DNA of 64,000 nt from Nitrospirota bacterium (GTDB lineage: Bacteria > Nitrospirota > UBA9217), in assembly GCA_035498715.1 (NCBI GenBank), contig DATJZV010000158.1:34239-98238 (forward strand), given 5' to 3'. The position numbers were made by a program, and so were the translations under genes. The notes beneath the pieces were generated by a model. The model worked only from the letters and a program-made list of their open reading frames with translations. It did no database searches and was not told the DNA's origin. Of the stretch, positions 38,190-49,141 are shown piece after piece (the stretch's first letter is position 1; each line of letters begins with the position of its first letter).

Positions 38190-39118
38190 CATGGATGGGC
38201 ACGTTAGGAAAATATCTGCGCGACGCGCGTGAGGCGATGGGCATTGATATACGGGAGGCGGCCCAGGAGACCAGGATCAGTGTCAACTACCTTAATGCCC
38301 TCGAAGAGGAAGATTTCTCCAAACTTCCCGGCGAGGTCTTCGTGAGAGGTTTTCTCAAAAACTACGGACGTTATTTACACCTTGAGGAAGCCGAGGTCAT
38401 AAAACGGTATGCGGAGCTAAAACCTCAAACAGTGACTCCTCCTGCTCCTCCAACAGATGTCGAAAAAGCGACCGTCATTTCTGAACAGGGGACAACGAAG
38501 AAGGTTAGGAAGGCTCCTCTTGAACCATTCGTCTGGGGTGCAGCGATATTCATATCGCTCATTGTTTTCCTGCTTACGTCCAGGCCAACCGACAAGCATA
38601 CGGGGAGCTCGAGTGTCACGGTTTCGGCCCCGACAGGAACACTGCAGGGCGTCGAACAACTTCAAGCGAGAAGACCGGATAAACTGTATCTTGAGGTCAT
38701 AGCTCTTGAAGATACGTGGCTCCTGGTCCGGACCGATACAAGCCCACAGAAGAAGGCAGTTCTCAAAAAAGGAGAGAGCCTTATCTGGAGCGCCGATGAG
38801 ATGTTCCTCCTCAGCTATAGCGACGTGAGTGCGGTCAGACTTTTGCTGAACGGGGAAGAACTGGCCGTAAGAGGGACGAAAGGTTCCGTGATCAGGGACC
38901 TTGCCATTAACCGTACTGGCATCACAAACCAACAGCCCCCAGTTAAACAGCCGCGGTCGGCGAAGCCCAAACCGAAGCCAGAACCGCAGCATGAGGTATC
39001 GCCTCAGCAGGCGGAACCCCAGCCTCAACCAGAGCCCCAGCCCGAACCGTTAGTGAAACCGCTTCCTCCGCCAGAACGGACTCCGCCCGTGATATATCCA
39101 TTTGCTCCTCCACAATGA
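38186..39118 (+). CDS. rodZ: RodZ-like cytoskeleton protein (HTH_XRE N-terminus, transmembrane helix, Pro-rich periplasmic part with a DUF4115-like region)
   Basis: N-terminal HTH (LGKYLRDAREAMGIDIREAAQETRISVNYLNALEEEDF) followed by VFVRGFLKNY, one transmembrane helix and a Pro-rich tail. GTG start overlapping the upstream stop codon. Confidence 0.7.
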   Translation: MTWMGTLGKYLRDAREAMGIDIREAAQETRISVNYLNALEEEDFSKLPGEVFVRGFLKNYGRYLHLEEAEVIKRYAELKPQTVTPPAPPTDVEKATVISEQGTTKKVRKAPLEPFVWGAAIFISLIVFLLTSRPTDKHTGSSSVTVSAPTGTLQGVEQLQARRPDKLYLEVIALEDTWLLVRTDTSPQKKAVLKKGESLIWSADEMFLLSYSDVSAVRLLLNGEELAVRGTKGSVIRDLAINRTGITNQQPPVKQPRSAKPKPKPEPQHEVSPQQAEPQPQPEPQPEPLVKPLPPPERTPPVIYPFAPPQ

Positions 39119-39263
39119 ACTGATTTCTCTTTGAAGAAACACTGGCGTCAGTCCTCTGCCGTCTTCTTTTTTTTAGGACAATTACCGCTATATCCCGGCG
39201 GTATCCCATGCTTTGCCATCATCTGCTACGGTGATGAACGCAAGATTGAAAGGAGAAACTTTC

Positions 39264-39791
39264 ATGAAGAAGTTTGTCTTGCTTGCACTGACGGCATTAA
39301 CACTCGTCGCCACGCCAGCGATTGCAAAAGAAGGGTTGTACCTGGGTTTGTATATTCCCTTTGATTCTTTTTCAGGCGACACTAATTTGGATTCAGGTAA
39401 CGGCTTGGGTCTACGCGGGGGATTCGGCTTTGGGAGATATTTTTCGATAGAAGGGACTCTTTTTAAATCTAACATTGACCTGAAGGGAACAAACCAAACA
39501 ACTGACTATAAAGGCGGAACAATAGACGCAAAACTGCATTTCCCGTTCAGCGGGAGCCATTTTGAGCCTTATGTCATGATCGGCGCCGGAGGCTACAAAA
39601 TAGAAAACAACAATGCGATAAAGGGCTACGGTGGTCAATTGGGATTCGGCGTTGACGTGTATGTGTTCCCGGAGTTGTCTATCAGTGCGGGATTTACGAG
39701 CACGTCGATTACCTTTGATGAGGGAACGCCGGTCAATTTAGACGCAACGGTGAGGACAATTGATGTGGGTTTGACCTATCACTTTCTATAG
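39264..39791 (+). CDS. small outer-membrane beta-barrel protein (OmpA-like/OmpW-like 8-strand barrel)
   Basis: Signal peptide ending AIAKEG. Alternating hydrophobic beta-strand pattern, Gly/aromatic-rich. C-terminal YHFL with terminal aromatic. AAGGAG RBS. Confidence 0.7.
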   Translation: MKKFVLLALTALTLVATPAIAKEGLYLGLYIPFDSFSGDTNLDSGNGLGLRGGFGFGRYFSIEGTLFKSNIDLKGTNQTTDYKGGTIDAKLHFPFSGSHFEPYVMIGAGGYKIENNNAIKGYGGQLGFGVDVYVFPELSISAGFTSTSITFDEGTPVNLDATVRTIDVGLTYHFL

Positions 39792-39941
39792 CAACATACG
39801 CATGCGTCAGAGCCGATCAGAATTCTGGTCGGGTCTGATCTTCGATAGCAGTCACGTCCAATATCCATTCCGATATGCTTTCATCCTATGACAGAACGAT
39901 GTGCCCATGAGCCCGCGATATCCCGCTCCGGTACTATTACC

Positions 39942-39969
39942 TTGACTCTTGATGGATGTGTGCTATAGT
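39942..39969 (+). promoter_or_regulatory. candidate sigma70 promoter for the second OMP gene (TTGACT, 16 nt, TATAGT)
   Basis: -35 and -10 hexamers each match 5/6 with a 16 nt spacer, about 40 nt upstream of the start at 40010. Confidence 0.35.
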
Positions 39970-40009
39970 CTAAAACGATCATAAATCCATATTCTCGGGA
40001 GGGTTAGCG

Positions 40010-40585
40010 ATGAAAAAGATATTATTTTTTTCAGCGTTGGCGATCCTGCTCTGTTCCACGCCTGCGATGGCAAAGGTAGGCCCGTATGTAGGTATTGGAC
40101 TTACGTATGTTGATATAACCAGCATGGCGGACCCCTACTTCGATACCGTCGATCCGGCACTTGGATTGGAACTAAGGTTTGGATATAATTTTGGTCCGGT
40201 AGCACTTGAAGGTAATTTTATAGGATCTACTCATCACGATTCTTTCCCGGGATTCAGCGACGGCGATTTTTACGGCTGGAGTATCGATTTACGGGTCTTT
40301 TTATTTCCGCCGCCTGCACTGAATCAGCTATATTTATTATTTGGTGTGGGAGGTTATACCTTCCATGAGAACTACAACGTCACCGGGGATCACTATGACT
40401 TATCAGGCCCTGGTTTTAATCTCGGCATGGGCTTTGAGCATTACTTCAATCCCCTGGTCTCAATCGATGTGAGAGGGGTATTCAGGTTCATTGATTATGA
40501 TGAGACAATCAACGGATTTACCGTTGACACGAACGTTAATGGGGATACGTTCACTCTCGGGGTTGGGCTTAATTTTCATTTTTAA
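40010..40585 (+). CDS. small outer-membrane beta-barrel protein, paralog of the preceding gene
   Basis: Signal peptide ending PAMAKVG. Same beta-barrel character. Ends NFHF with a terminal Phe. Confidence 0.7.
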   Translation: MKKILFFSALAILLCSTPAMAKVGPYVGIGLTYVDITSMADPYFDTVDPALGLELRFGYNFGPVALEGNFIGSTHHDSFPGFSDGDFYGWSIDLRVFLFPPPALNQLYLLFGVGGYTFHENYNVTGDHYDLSGPGFNLGMGFEHYFNPLVSIDVRGVFRFIDYDETINGFTVDTNVNGDTFTLGVGLNFHF

Positions 40586-40659
40586 AACACTGGGTTTTCC
40601 CGAACGCGATGAAATTCCGGAGTCGCCCCTGCGGGAACTGTGACTTCAGCATTCTAAAA

Positions 40660-41097
40660 TCAGCCAGTCAATTTCATATTTTTCACATGCGTTCCTTCCC
40701 AGTAGACCCTTCCGCAACTGACACACCGAAAAAAAAATCCGTAGTTGCCATACACATACTCGGGAACGATGTCCTTTATGTCCTGCTTTCTGGCCGGGAT
40801 GAGCGTGTCATTGCAAGCAGAACATCGGGTGAGAGGGCCGGGGATTGATTCGATCCTGAATGTATCAAAAACTTGGCGTAGTTGGTCCTTTACTTTATTA
40901 TGACTTATGAACACGCGGTTTGCCGCCAGGGGACGTGAGGCAAGTTCCGTGTCTCGAGTCAGGATGACGCGGTTCTGTTCCAGTGAGAGGCGGATGATCT
41001 CGTTATCATCGAACGCCCGATCATAGAGAACATCGAATCCCAGCAGCCTCATCCGCTTTGCGAGCTTTCCCAGCATGACGTCGGCGATGAACTTCAT
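40660..41097 (-). CDS. Mut7-C RNase domain protein (DUF82, PIN-like fold) with C-terminal zinc ribbon
   Basis: 145 aa. N-terminal FIADVMLGKLAKRMRLLGFDV and RCSACN...CVSCGRVYWEG, which match the Mut7-C family pattern. Confidence 0.7.
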   Translation of the reverse strand: MKFIADVMLGKLAKRMRLLGFDVLYDRAFDDNEIIRLSLEQNRVILTRDTELASRPLAANRVFISHNKVKDQLRQVFDTFRIESIPGPLTRCSACNDTLIPARKQDIKDIVPEYVYGNYGFFFRCVSCGRVYWEGTHVKNMKLTG

Positions 41098-41250
41098 TGT
41101 TTCACCGTGAAGGCATTAAAAAGAAGCAATAAACAGAGAAGACCGTTTCTCGCGGAGCACGCAAAGAACCCGAAGAAAAAAGCAAGATGCATTTAAGAAC
41201 CCCTTACTACTTTTGTGAGCCGTACAAAAGAACGATGACGCGTTTGACGC

Positions 41251-43686
41251 TTAAGAGAATTTTCTCAACCGGAGCGAGTTCGACACAACGCTCACCGAAC
41301 TGAATGCCATAGCCGCCGATGCGAACATAGGATTTAGCAGTATCCCGAAGAACGGATAAAGGACGCCGGCCGCAACGGGAATGCCGATGACGTTGTAAAA
41401 AAACGCCCAAAACAGGTTCATCTTGATGGTGTTCATGGTACGGCGCGAGAGCCTCATCGCCGTTGCGACCACGCGGAGGTCGTCCTTGATCAAAGTAACG
41501 TCCGATGCCTCTATGGCTACGTCTGTGCCTGTCCCGATGGCGATGCCAACGTCAGCTTGTGTGAGAGCAGGTGCATCGTTGATCCCGTCGCCGACCATGG
41601 CGACCACGCGACCCTCTGCCTGGAGTTTTTTTACCATATCCATCTTGTCCTGAGGGAGGACTTCAGGCAGCACATGGCTGATCCCAAGCTCGTCGGCAAT
41701 GGCCTGCGCCGTGCGGCGATTGTCTCCGGTCAGCATCACGACCTCCAGGCCGAGGGCTTTCAACCCGGATACGGCCTCCGCTGAATGCTCCTTGAGAGTG
41801 TCCGCAACGGCAATGATTCCTGCAACCTTGTTGTCAACGGCCACGAACATAGGGGTCTTGCCGTGGGATGATAGGTTCTCAGCTGTAATGCTGAATGGCG
41901 CGAAGTCGATTTTTCTTTCCGTCAACAGCCGCTCGTTCCCCAGAATGATCTCTCTGCCGTTCAGCCGTGCCCTGATTCCGTGACCCGGGAGCGCCTCGAA
42001 CTCGTCCGCCTGTTCGATCTGAATACCCTTTTCAACTGCAGCGCGCACGATGGCTTCCCCGAGCGGATGCTCGGAGCTCTTTTCCGCTGAACCGGCGAAA
42101 AACAGGATCTCCTGCTCACTTATTCCATCACGGATCACCTCCGTGACCTTTGGCTCGCCGCGCGTAAGCGTGCCGGTTTTATCGAACACGATGGTATCGA
42201 TCTTCTGGGCCCGCTCGAGGCTTTCGGCGTTTTTAAAGAGAATTCCCTGTTCAGCGCCTTTGCCCGTGCCGACCATGATGGCTGTTGGCGTTGCAAGTCC
42301 CATCGCGCACGGGCAGGCAATGATTAGCACTGCGATGAAATTCAGAAGGGCGAAGGTAAACCGTGTTTCCGCTGATCCGAAAATATACCAGATGACGAAG
42401 GTGAGCAGGCCGAGGGAAATTACAGTCGGCACGAAGATGCTGGAAATATAATCGGCAAGACGCTGGATCGGCGCTTTGGAACCCTGCGCTTCCTGCACCA
42501 TGCGAATGATTTGTGATAGCATGGTATCTCTGCCAACCTTGGTAGCTTCAAAGGTGAACGTTCCCGTCTTGTTTATGGTCGCACCGATCACCGCATCGCT
42601 CATTTTTTTCTCGACGGGGAGGCTCTCGCCCGTGAGCATGGACTCATCGACCGATGAGTACCCGCTCCGGATGACGCCGTCGACAGGGATCTTTTCCCCG
42701 GGCCTGACAACGATCAGATCCCCCGTATCCACTTCCTCAATCGGAATATCCAGTTCTTTCCCTTCTCGAACCACGCGGGCGGTCCGGGGCTGGAGGCCCA
42801 TAAGCTTTTTAATGGCCTCTCCGGCGCGCGATTTAGCACGAGCTTCAAGGTACTTGCCAAACAGGATCAGGGTAATGATGATCGCTGCCGTATCGTAGTA
42901 CGCGCCGCCGTGGCTGCCATAGTGGCCCAGTGCTGCGGGAAAGAACGTGAGCACCATGCTGTAGGCATAGGCGGCGCTCGTTCCCACGACCACGAGTGTA
43001 TTCATGTTCGTGCTGCCGTGCTTGATAGACGCCCAGGCGTTCTGATAGAAATGGCGGCCGGCCCAGAACTGGACTGGTGTGGTGAGCAGGAACAGGATGA
43101 ACCACATGGTCCGCCGGGGAATGATCGTGATGAAGGGGAGCATGTCCTGAAAGCTTCCGATGAGCACCAACGCGGAGAGTATGGCACTTACGGTAAGCTT
43201 GGTCCGAAGTTCCGCGAGCTCCTTCTCACGGGCCTCCTTTTCGATATCGAGCGCAGACCGGCCTTCTGCCTGCTGCGGAAGGCGGAAGCCCGACTTTTCC
43301 ATAGCCCTCCTGATATCACGGAGCCCAATCTGTCCGGGTACATATTCCACTTCCACAGTTTCGGCCCCGGCGTTCACCACGACCTTCAGTACACCGTCGA
43401 TTGAGGATATGATGCGTTCCAGCTCCTGTACCCGCGACGCATCAAGGTCGATGATCGGGATCGTCGTCTTTTCGGTCACGGGTGTATATCCAAGTTCCTG
43501 GATGGTCTCTACGAACCGGCCCAGACCGACGGTAAGGGGGTCGAACTCGACAACAGCTTTCTCGTTCGCAAAGTTGACGTTCGCGTTCCTGACGCCAGCA
43601 AGTCTTGAAATGTCTTTCTGGATGGCTGCTGCACAGTTCACGCAGGTCATGCCTTTGACCGGGATGACGGCTTTTTTGGTTTCCAT
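41251..43686 (-). CDS. copA: copper-translocating P1B-type ATPase
   Basis: N-terminal HMA domain with GMTCVNCAA. Second degenerate HMA. CPC transmembrane motif ([13 protein letters not shown]), DKTGTLT phosphorylation site, GDGINDAP hinge. Confidence 0.9.
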   Translation of the reverse strand: METKKAVIPVKGMTCVNCAAAIQKDISRLAGVRNANVNFANEKAVVEFDPLTVGLGRFVETIQELGYTPVTEKTTIPIIDLDASRVQELERIISSIDGVLKVVVNAGAETVEVEYVPGQIGLRDIRRAMEKSGFRLPQQAEGRSALDIEKEAREKELAELRTKLTVSAILSALVLIGSFQDMLPFITIIPRRTMWFILFLLTTPVQFWAGRHFYQNAWASIKHGSTNMNTLVVVGTSAAYAYSMVLTFFPAALGHYGSHGGAYYDTAAIIITLILFGKYLEARAKSRAGEAIKKLMGLQPRTARVVREGKELDIPIEEVDTGDLIVVRPGEKIPVDGVIRSGYSSVDESMLTGESLPVEKKMSDAVIGATINKTGTFTFEATKVGRDTMLSQIIRMVQEAQGSKAPIQRLADYISSIFVPTVISLGLLTFVIWYIFGSAETRFTFALLNFIAVLIIACPCAMGLATPTAIMVGTGKGAEQGILFKNAESLERAQKIDTIVFDKTGTLTRGEPKVTEVIRDGISEQEILFFAGSAEKSSEHPLGEAIVRAAVEKGIQIEQADEFEALPGHGIRARLNGREIILGNERLLTERKIDFAPFSITAENLSSHGKTPMFVAVDNKVAGIIAVADTLKEHSAEAVSGLKALGLEVVMLTGDNRRTAQAIADELGISHVLPEVLPQDKMDMVKKLQAEGRVVAMVGDGINDAPALTQADVGIAIGTGTDVAIEASDVTLIKDDLRVVATAMRLSRRTMNTIKMNLFWAFFYNVIGIPVAAGVLYPFFGILLNPMFASAAMAFSSVSVVSNSLRLRKFS

Positions 43687-43760
43687 AAGTGATAATATAC
43701 TACCTGATAGGAGAGAAGACAAGACGTAATCAGGCAGAAGCAATGGAGATGAACAGTGTT

Positions 43761-44852
43761 TTATTTCTTTTTATAGAAGGGAATTTCAACGATCTTGGCG
43801 GCTATCTCTCGATCGCGGACCTCTATCTCGATTTCCTGCCCGGGCTGAGCGTACCGGCTCACGACATAGCCAAGCCCGAAGCCGTTCCGGTATCGGGGTG
43901 ACTGGTTCCCGCTAGTCACGACCCCGATCTCGCGGTTTTCGGAAAAAATGCTCCCACCGCTGCGCGGTATTCCCTTTTCAAGGAGCAAAAACCCCGCAAG
44001 GGTTTGCTTGACGCCATCGGTTTTAAGCTTGAGCAGTGCATCTTTGCCAATGAAGTCCTTTTTGAAGTCAATGAAGGACAGGAGGCCGGTATCGAGAGGT
44101 GTCCTGGTTTCATCAATGTCGTACCCGTACAGGAGATATCCCATTTCCAGGCGAAGGAGATCCCGGCTGCCGAAGCCGCAAGGTTTGATCCCTTCTTCCT
44201 GACCGGCTGCCAGGACCGCGTCCCAGAAACTCTCGGCGTGGTTTGCGGGCACGAAGAATTCGTAGCCGTGCTCACCGGTATATCCGCTCCGGGATACTAT
44301 GACCGGCTTCTCGGCGATAGTCAGCTCTCGGACACTTCTTGGCTTGAATTTTTTCTGATGGGATCCGACAAGTTTCTCGAGGATATGGAATGAGTGCGGT
44401 CCCTGGAGCGCGAGCTGGGATAAGACCAAGGTATTATCGGTTATCTGGACGTCACCCGTCGCATGTCGTTGAAGCCATCGGAGCACTTTGTCGGTATTAC
44501 CGGCACTTGTGGTGAGCAGATAGCGGGTGCCAGACGATGAATCGGGGAGTCGGAAGAGTACCGCGTCATCGAGAGTAAAGCCGGATTCATTGCACAGGAA
44601 ACCGTAGTGGGCAGTGCCTTCGGCGATCTTTGCTGTATTTCTGGTAAACACCTTCTGGATGAGGGCGGATGCGCCTGGACCGCTGATCTCAAGCCTGCCC
44701 AGATAACTCACATCGAACAGTCCGGCAGCGGTCCGCACCGCCTGGTATTCGTCCTGCACATCAGTATACTGGAAAGGGACCTGCCAGCCCTGGAATTCCG
44801 TTATTTTCGCTTTTAACTGGAGATGTTTCTGATGGAGAACAGTCTGTTTCAT
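43761..44852 (-). CDS. gcvT: aminomethyltransferase-family protein (glycine cleavage T-protein fold)
   Basis: Aligns along its length with GcvT ([31 protein letters not shown]). Other glycine-cleavage genes are not in the window. Confidence 0.8.
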   Translation of the reverse strand: MKQTVLHQKHLQLKAKITEFQGWQVPFQYTDVQDEYQAVRTAAGLFDVSYLGRLEISGPGASALIQKVFTRNTAKIAEGTAHYGFLCNESGFTLDDAVLFRLPDSSSGTRYLLTTSAGNTDKVLRWLQRHATGDVQITDNTLVLSQLALQGPHSFHILEKLVGSHQKKFKPRSVRELTIAEKPVIVSRSGYTGEHGYEFFVPANHAESFWDAVLAAGQEEGIKPCGFGSRDLLRLEMGYLLYGYDIDETRTPLDTGLLSFIDFKKDFIGKDALLKLKTDGVKQTLAGFLLLEKGIPRSGGSIFSENREIGVVTSGNQSPRYRNGFGLGYVVSRYAQPGQEIEIEVRDREIAAKIVEIPFYKKK

Positions 44853-44929
44853 ACGGCCCTCCTCGCTCCTGGTGAACGGAAATATCGTGCCGCACAGCTG
44901 CAGGATAACGCAACATGACAAGAGCTGTT

Positions 44930-45991
44930 CTATCGAATCCTGAATTTCTCCGGATCGGTATTATCGTCAGCAAGTTTGTGGATGTCCTTCGGATGGAACG
45001 CCCCCTTCTCAGTGATGATGGCCGTGATGTAACGGGCCGGGGTCACATCGAAGGCCGGGTTCGCCACATTCACGCCATCAGGGGCTATCTGGACCTTGCC
45101 GAATATATGGGTTACCTCGCGGCCATCGCGCTCTTCTATGGGGATCTGATATCCTGATTCCATGCTGAAATCGATGGTGGAGAGCGGACCCGCCACGTAG
45201 AAAGGAATGCCATGTTCTTTGCAGAGCACAGCAAGGCTGTAAGTGCCAATCTTGTTCGCCACGTCACCGTTCCTGGCAATACGGTCCGCGCCAACAATGG
45301 CGAGATCAATCATGTCGTGATACATGAAATAGCCGGCCATATTGTCCGTGATCAGGGTGCAGGGAATCTTTTCCTGCATGAGCTCCCATGCCGTCAAGCG
45401 CGCACCCTGGAGCACGGGACGGGTTTCGTCGATATACACGTGGATCTTTTTACCTTCTTCCACAGCGGCACGCATCACGCCTTCAGCGGTACCATAGCCT
45501 GCCGTAGCGATCGAACCGGCATTGCAGTGCGTAATGAGATTGTCATCATCGGCCACGAATACTGATCCGTAGCTGCCGATCTTCTTATTCGTCTCGATGT
45601 CCTCGTCCAGCATGCGCTGTGATTCTTGAACGAGCAGGGCGTGTAGGGCCTCGACTCCCTTGTCCCTGTTTTCCTGTACGAATTTCTTGATCCGTTCGAT
45701 GGCCCAGAAGAGATTCACCGCCGTGGGCCGTGTAGCCGCCATGTGGCTGCAGATCTCTTCGAACTTTGGCCAGAACTCCTCAAAGGAGGACGCAGATATC
45801 TGCCGGGCGCCGAGCGCCAGTCCCATGGCTGCGGTAACTCCGATCGCCGGCGCACCGCGCACCCACAACTCTCTGATACCCCGTGCGACGGTCTGATAAT
45901 CCTTACATTCGTTGTATACGGTTTCGAGGGGCAGTTTCGTCTGGTCCAGCATCCGTACGATGCCGTTTTTCCATTCTACGGTTGGGATCAT
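44930..45991 (-). CDS. mtnA: S-methyl-5-thioribose-1-phosphate isomerase (eIF-2B alpha/beta/delta-like family)
   Basis: 353 aa with MtnA motifs ([32 protein letters not shown]). Confidence 0.85.
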   Translation of the reverse strand: MIPTVEWKNGIVRMLDQTKLPLETVYNECKDYQTVARGIRELWVRGAPAIGVTAAMGLALGARQISASSFEEFWPKFEEICSHMAATRPTAVNLFWAIERIKKFVQENRDKGVEALHALLVQESQRMLDEDIETNKKIGSYGSVFVADDDNLITHCNAGSIATAGYGTAEGVMRAAVEEGKKIHVYIDETRPVLQGARLTAWELMQEKIPCTLITDNMAGYFMYHDMIDLAIVGADRIARNGDVANKIGTYSLAVLCKEHGIPFYVAGPLSTIDFSMESGYQIPIEERDGREVTHIFGKVQIAPDGVNVANPAFDVTPARYITAIITEKGAFHPKDIHKLADDNTDPEKFRIR

Positions 45992-46164
45992 TGATGAAAC
46001 TCCTTTAGAGGTATTTAAGTCAGACGAGTTTTTGTACTGATTTAAATATAGAGGAATATGGCCGGATTGTCAAAAAAAATCTGAAGGATTACCGGTTACT
46101 AGGTCATTATGTCGGGCTTCCTGAGGCTAAAAGAGTCGTGCAAAAGGGGCGATAGGCAAGGTAA

Positions 46165-47094
46165 TTACGTGTTTCCGCACGATTGGACCGCGAGTGTCCC
46201 GCTACGGCCCTCGATCGTACCGGCGATGAGGTCGCAAATCGGAATTACCGATGGGTTCTTTATTAGGTCTCGGGCGAGGTCATGCAATGTTACGATCTCG
46301 ACCGGGCGGGCCTGCAGCTTAACCAGAAACATCCGGAAAAGAGCGAGTTTTTTCATCCCTTCGAGCTCGGCGTGGATCGTGAGTATGTTCGGCGCCCCCG
46401 GGCGAAGCAGCGATAGATAGTGGTCAATGATTCGGTCTTCAGGGTACTCCGGCCGTCCGAGGAGCTCATCGAGCGTCGGGAGCGTGGTCGGTATCTGCAG
46501 TGTCTTGTACACGGTGTTGTCCACACGCGGGAAAAAGGGATAATTCCCACGGCTATCACTCGCGGAGAGAAGTCCGGCATCATCGTAGGCCTCGAGGCTG
46601 AAACCGTTTGCCTGCCAGCCAGCAGCGCCTGCGGTTCTTGCAGGCTCATGAAAAATCCGCTCAAACTCTTTTCGCGCTTTTCCGAATTCCTCAAAAACTT
46701 CGGGGCGCGTCATTCCCGCGAGCCCGTCCTGCCAGCGGATATGGTCGTAGCAGTGAATGCCGACCTCATGCCCCTTGTCTTGCGTCGCGCGCATCACGCC
46801 TTCGTTGCGGCGTCCTACATGCGGACCAGGGAGCAGAATGCCGTTCAGGAGCGTGCGGATACCGTAGGTCGAAACCACGCTTGTACGGCTCACCTTGCTT
46901 AAAAATCCAGGCCTGAAAATGCGTTTGATCGCGCGGCCGGTGTTGTCGGGTCCGAGGGAGAAGAGAAATGTGGCTTTGACTCCGAACTCGTCGAACAGAG
47001 CAAGGAGATTGGGCACGCCGATGCGCGTGCCACGCTCGGTATCGACATCTACTTTAATGACAAGGAGAGATTTGTCCAGTCCTGTTTCCGGCAT
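46165..47094 (-). CDS. arnD: 4-deoxy-4-formamido-L-arabinose-phosphoundecaprenol deformylase (polysaccharide deacetylase family)
   Basis: NodB-homology deacetylase domain with ArnD-type N-terminus (LLVIKVDVDTERG, VKATFLFSLGPDN). Confidence 0.85.
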   Translation of the reverse strand: MPETGLDKSLLVIKVDVDTERGTRIGVPNLLALFDEFGVKATFLFSLGPDNTGRAIKRIFRPGFLSKVSRTSVVSTYGIRTLLNGILLPGPHVGRRNEGVMRATQDKGHEVGIHCYDHIRWQDGLAGMTRPEVFEEFGKARKEFERIFHEPARTAGAAGWQANGFSLEAYDDAGLLSASDSRGNYPFFPRVDNTVYKTLQIPTTLPTLDELLGRPEYPEDRIIDHYLSLLRPGAPNILTIHAELEGMKKLALFRMFLVKLQARPVEIVTLHDLARDLIKNPSVIPICDLIAGTIEGRSGTLAVQSCGNT

Positions 47095-47099
47095 GGTGA

Positions 47100-48146
47100 C
47101 TATACATCCAGTTCTTGCGATGGCCGTCCGAGGTGGTAATCAAGCGTTTTACGCAGGGCGGTCTTAAGGTCCGTAACCGGCTTCCAGCCAAGGTACTTCT
47201 CCGCGTTCTTGATCGACGGCACGCGGGTCAGGATATCCTGATAGCCTTCTCCGTAGTACTCCTTGGATTTTACGGTCACTACCTTGACGCTGTCGGTGAG
47301 CTTCGCGTAGTTAGGATACGTCTTGATGAGCGCGATGAGTGTCTCTGCCAGCTCGCGAATCGACACGTCATTAGCGGGATTGCCGATATTGAAGATGCGG
47401 CCGTCGGCGGCGCCGTCTTTATTTTCAATGATGCGTGTCAACGCGTCGATACCGTCGTCAATATAGGTGAAGCTTCGCCGCTGTGCGCCACCATCGACCA
47501 GTTGAATATCTTTTCCGCGCAGGATGTTGCCGATGAACTGGGTGAGCACACGCGAACTGCCTTCCTTGGGTTCCAGAATATTATCGAGTTTCGGGCCGAC
47601 CCAGTTGAACGGTCGGAAGAGTGTGTACTTGAGCCCTTCCTTCATGCCGTAGGCGTGGATCACGCGGTCCATGAGCTGCTTGGAGCAGGAATAGATCCAG
47701 CGTGGCTTGTTAATGGGACCGAGAACGAGATTCGAAGATTCTTCATCGAACTCCTGGTCCGTGCACATGCCGTACACCTCGGAGGTCGAAGGGAAAAGCA
47801 CGCGTTTTTTGTACCGCACGCATTTGCGTACGATATAGAGATTGGCCTCGAAGTCCAATTCAAACACACGCAGGGGGTCCTGCACGTACGTGGCGGGCGT
47901 GGCGATGGCCACAAGGGGGATGACCACATCACACTTTCTGACATGGTACTCGATCCATTCCCGGTTGATGGTAATATCACCTTCCACAAAGTGGAAGCGT
48001 TCATGTCCAAGGCACTGGTCAAGCTTGTCACAGGCCATGTCCATACCGTAGACTTCCCACTCCTTGTGCTTTAAAATATGCTCGGTCAGGCTGCTGCCGA
48101 TAAATCCATTCACTCCGAGGATCAAGATTCTAAGGCTCATGGTCAC
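47100..48146 (-). CDS. arnA: UDP-glucuronic acid oxidative decarboxylase, corresponding to the ArnA C-terminal dehydrogenase domain (stand-alone)
   Basis: 348 aa. Collinear with residues 310-660 of E. coli ArnA ([38 protein letters not shown]). SDR-extended fold. Confidence 0.85.
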   Translation of the reverse strand: MTMSLRILILGVNGFIGSSLTEHILKHKEWEVYGMDMACDKLDQCLGHERFHFVEGDITINREWIEYHVRKCDVVIPLVAIATPATYVQDPLRVFELDFEANLYIVRKCVRYKKRVLFPSTSEVYGMCTDQEFDEESSNLVLGPINKPRWIYSCSKQLMDRVIHAYGMKEGLKYTLFRPFNWVGPKLDNILEPKEGSSRVLTQFIGNILRGKDIQLVDGGAQRRSFTYIDDGIDALTRIIENKDGAADGRIFNIGNPANDVSIRELAETLIALIKTYPNYAKLTDSVKVVTVKSKEYYGEGYQDILTRVPSIKNAEKYLGWKPVTDLKTALRKTLDYHLGRPSQELDV

Positions 48147-49141
48147 TCCATTCTGTCTGTTATGCTCTTTGAGAGCTGTTTATTCCCGACCTGGTTTCCG
48201 AGGATTTGGCCAACCTCCAACCCATGGCCTCCCGCAGAGGCTTCTTCTCTTTTCCCTTCCCACTGCAGGGTAAGTATCTCGAGACTTCCGTTTCCCGTGG
48301 CCACTCTGAGCGGGTTCACTGATACAACCTGTCCCGGTCTTCCTTTGATATCCTTGACCGGCCGTGCCCGCCAGATGAACAGTTTATTGCCACCGGCAAG
48401 AGTAAACGCACCTGGATACGGATGCGTAACGGCTCGTATGAGATTATAGATCCTGTCGGCGCTCTGTGTCCAGTCGATTCGTCCATCCTCGGGTTTGCGT
48501 CCGCCGAAATAGGTTGCCTGCGAATCATCCTGCCGGCGCCGCGGGGCCATGCCTTTGGTGAGATCATCAATCCGGCGCTCAAGAACGAGACGCGCGGCTT
48601 TTACTGCCTTCCTGAAAACGTCCTGAGCCGTGTCCTCCGGACCGATGGGGACTGCCTCCTGATCAACGATATCACCAGCATCAGCGCGTTTTACCATGTA
48701 GTGGAGCGTCACGCCGGCTTCTTTTTCTCCGTGCAGCACGGCCCAGTTGATAGGCACCCGGCCTCGGTATTTGGGCAGGAGCGAGCCGTGCATGTTGAAC
48801 GCGCCGAGGCGCGGGACGTCAAGGATCTCCTCCTTGATCATGTTGCGGTAGTAGAAGGAGAATATCAGGTCCGGGTTCCAGGCGCGGATGCGGCTTAACC
48901 AGTCCGGCGTGTTTACGGACTCCGGCGTATAGACCGGAATGCCGTGACCTTTTGCAAGATCTGACACGGATCTGAACCAGATCTGTTCGCTCGGGTTGTC
49001 CTCATGGGTGATGACAGCGATTATGTTATCATCTCTTCGGAGCAAGAGATCCAGACATTCATAACCCACATCGTGATAAGCAAAAACCAGGATGCTCGGT
49101 TTACTCACCGGTGCCCGCCTTTTCGGTCTCGACCCTCTCAT
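48143..49141 (-). CDS. arnA: UDP-4-amino-4-deoxy-L-arabinose formyltransferase, corresponding to the ArnA N-terminal domain (stand-alone)
   Basis: Collinear with E. coli ArnA residues 1-300 ([47 protein letters not shown]). ATGA overlap with the downstream dehydrogenase gene. The start is uncertain (49141 or about 49108). Confidence 0.85.
   Translation of the reverse strand: MRGSRPKRRAPVSKPSILVFAYHDVGYECLDLLLRRDDNIIAVITHEDNPSEQIWFRSVSDLAKGHGIPVYTPESVNTPDWLSRIRAWNPDLIFSFYYRNMIKEEILDVPRLGAFNMHGSLLPKYRGRVPINWAVLHGEKEAGVTLHYMVKRADAGDIVDQEAVPIGPEDTAQDVFRKAVKAARLVLERRIDDLTKGMAPRRRQDDSQATYFGGRKPEDGRIDWTQSADRIYNLIRAVTHPYPGAFTLAGGNKLFIWRARPVKDIKGRPGQVVSVNPLRVATGNGSLEILTLQWEGKREEASAGGHGLEVGQILGNQVGNKQLSKSITDRME

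Noticed and set aside
41251-43743. Whether copA and the small CEEC HMA-like ORF at 2611 form a copper chaperone pair
   Set aside because: They are 38 kb apart on opposite strands, and the small protein lacks the CxxC metal site. There is no basis for a functional link beyond fold resemblance.
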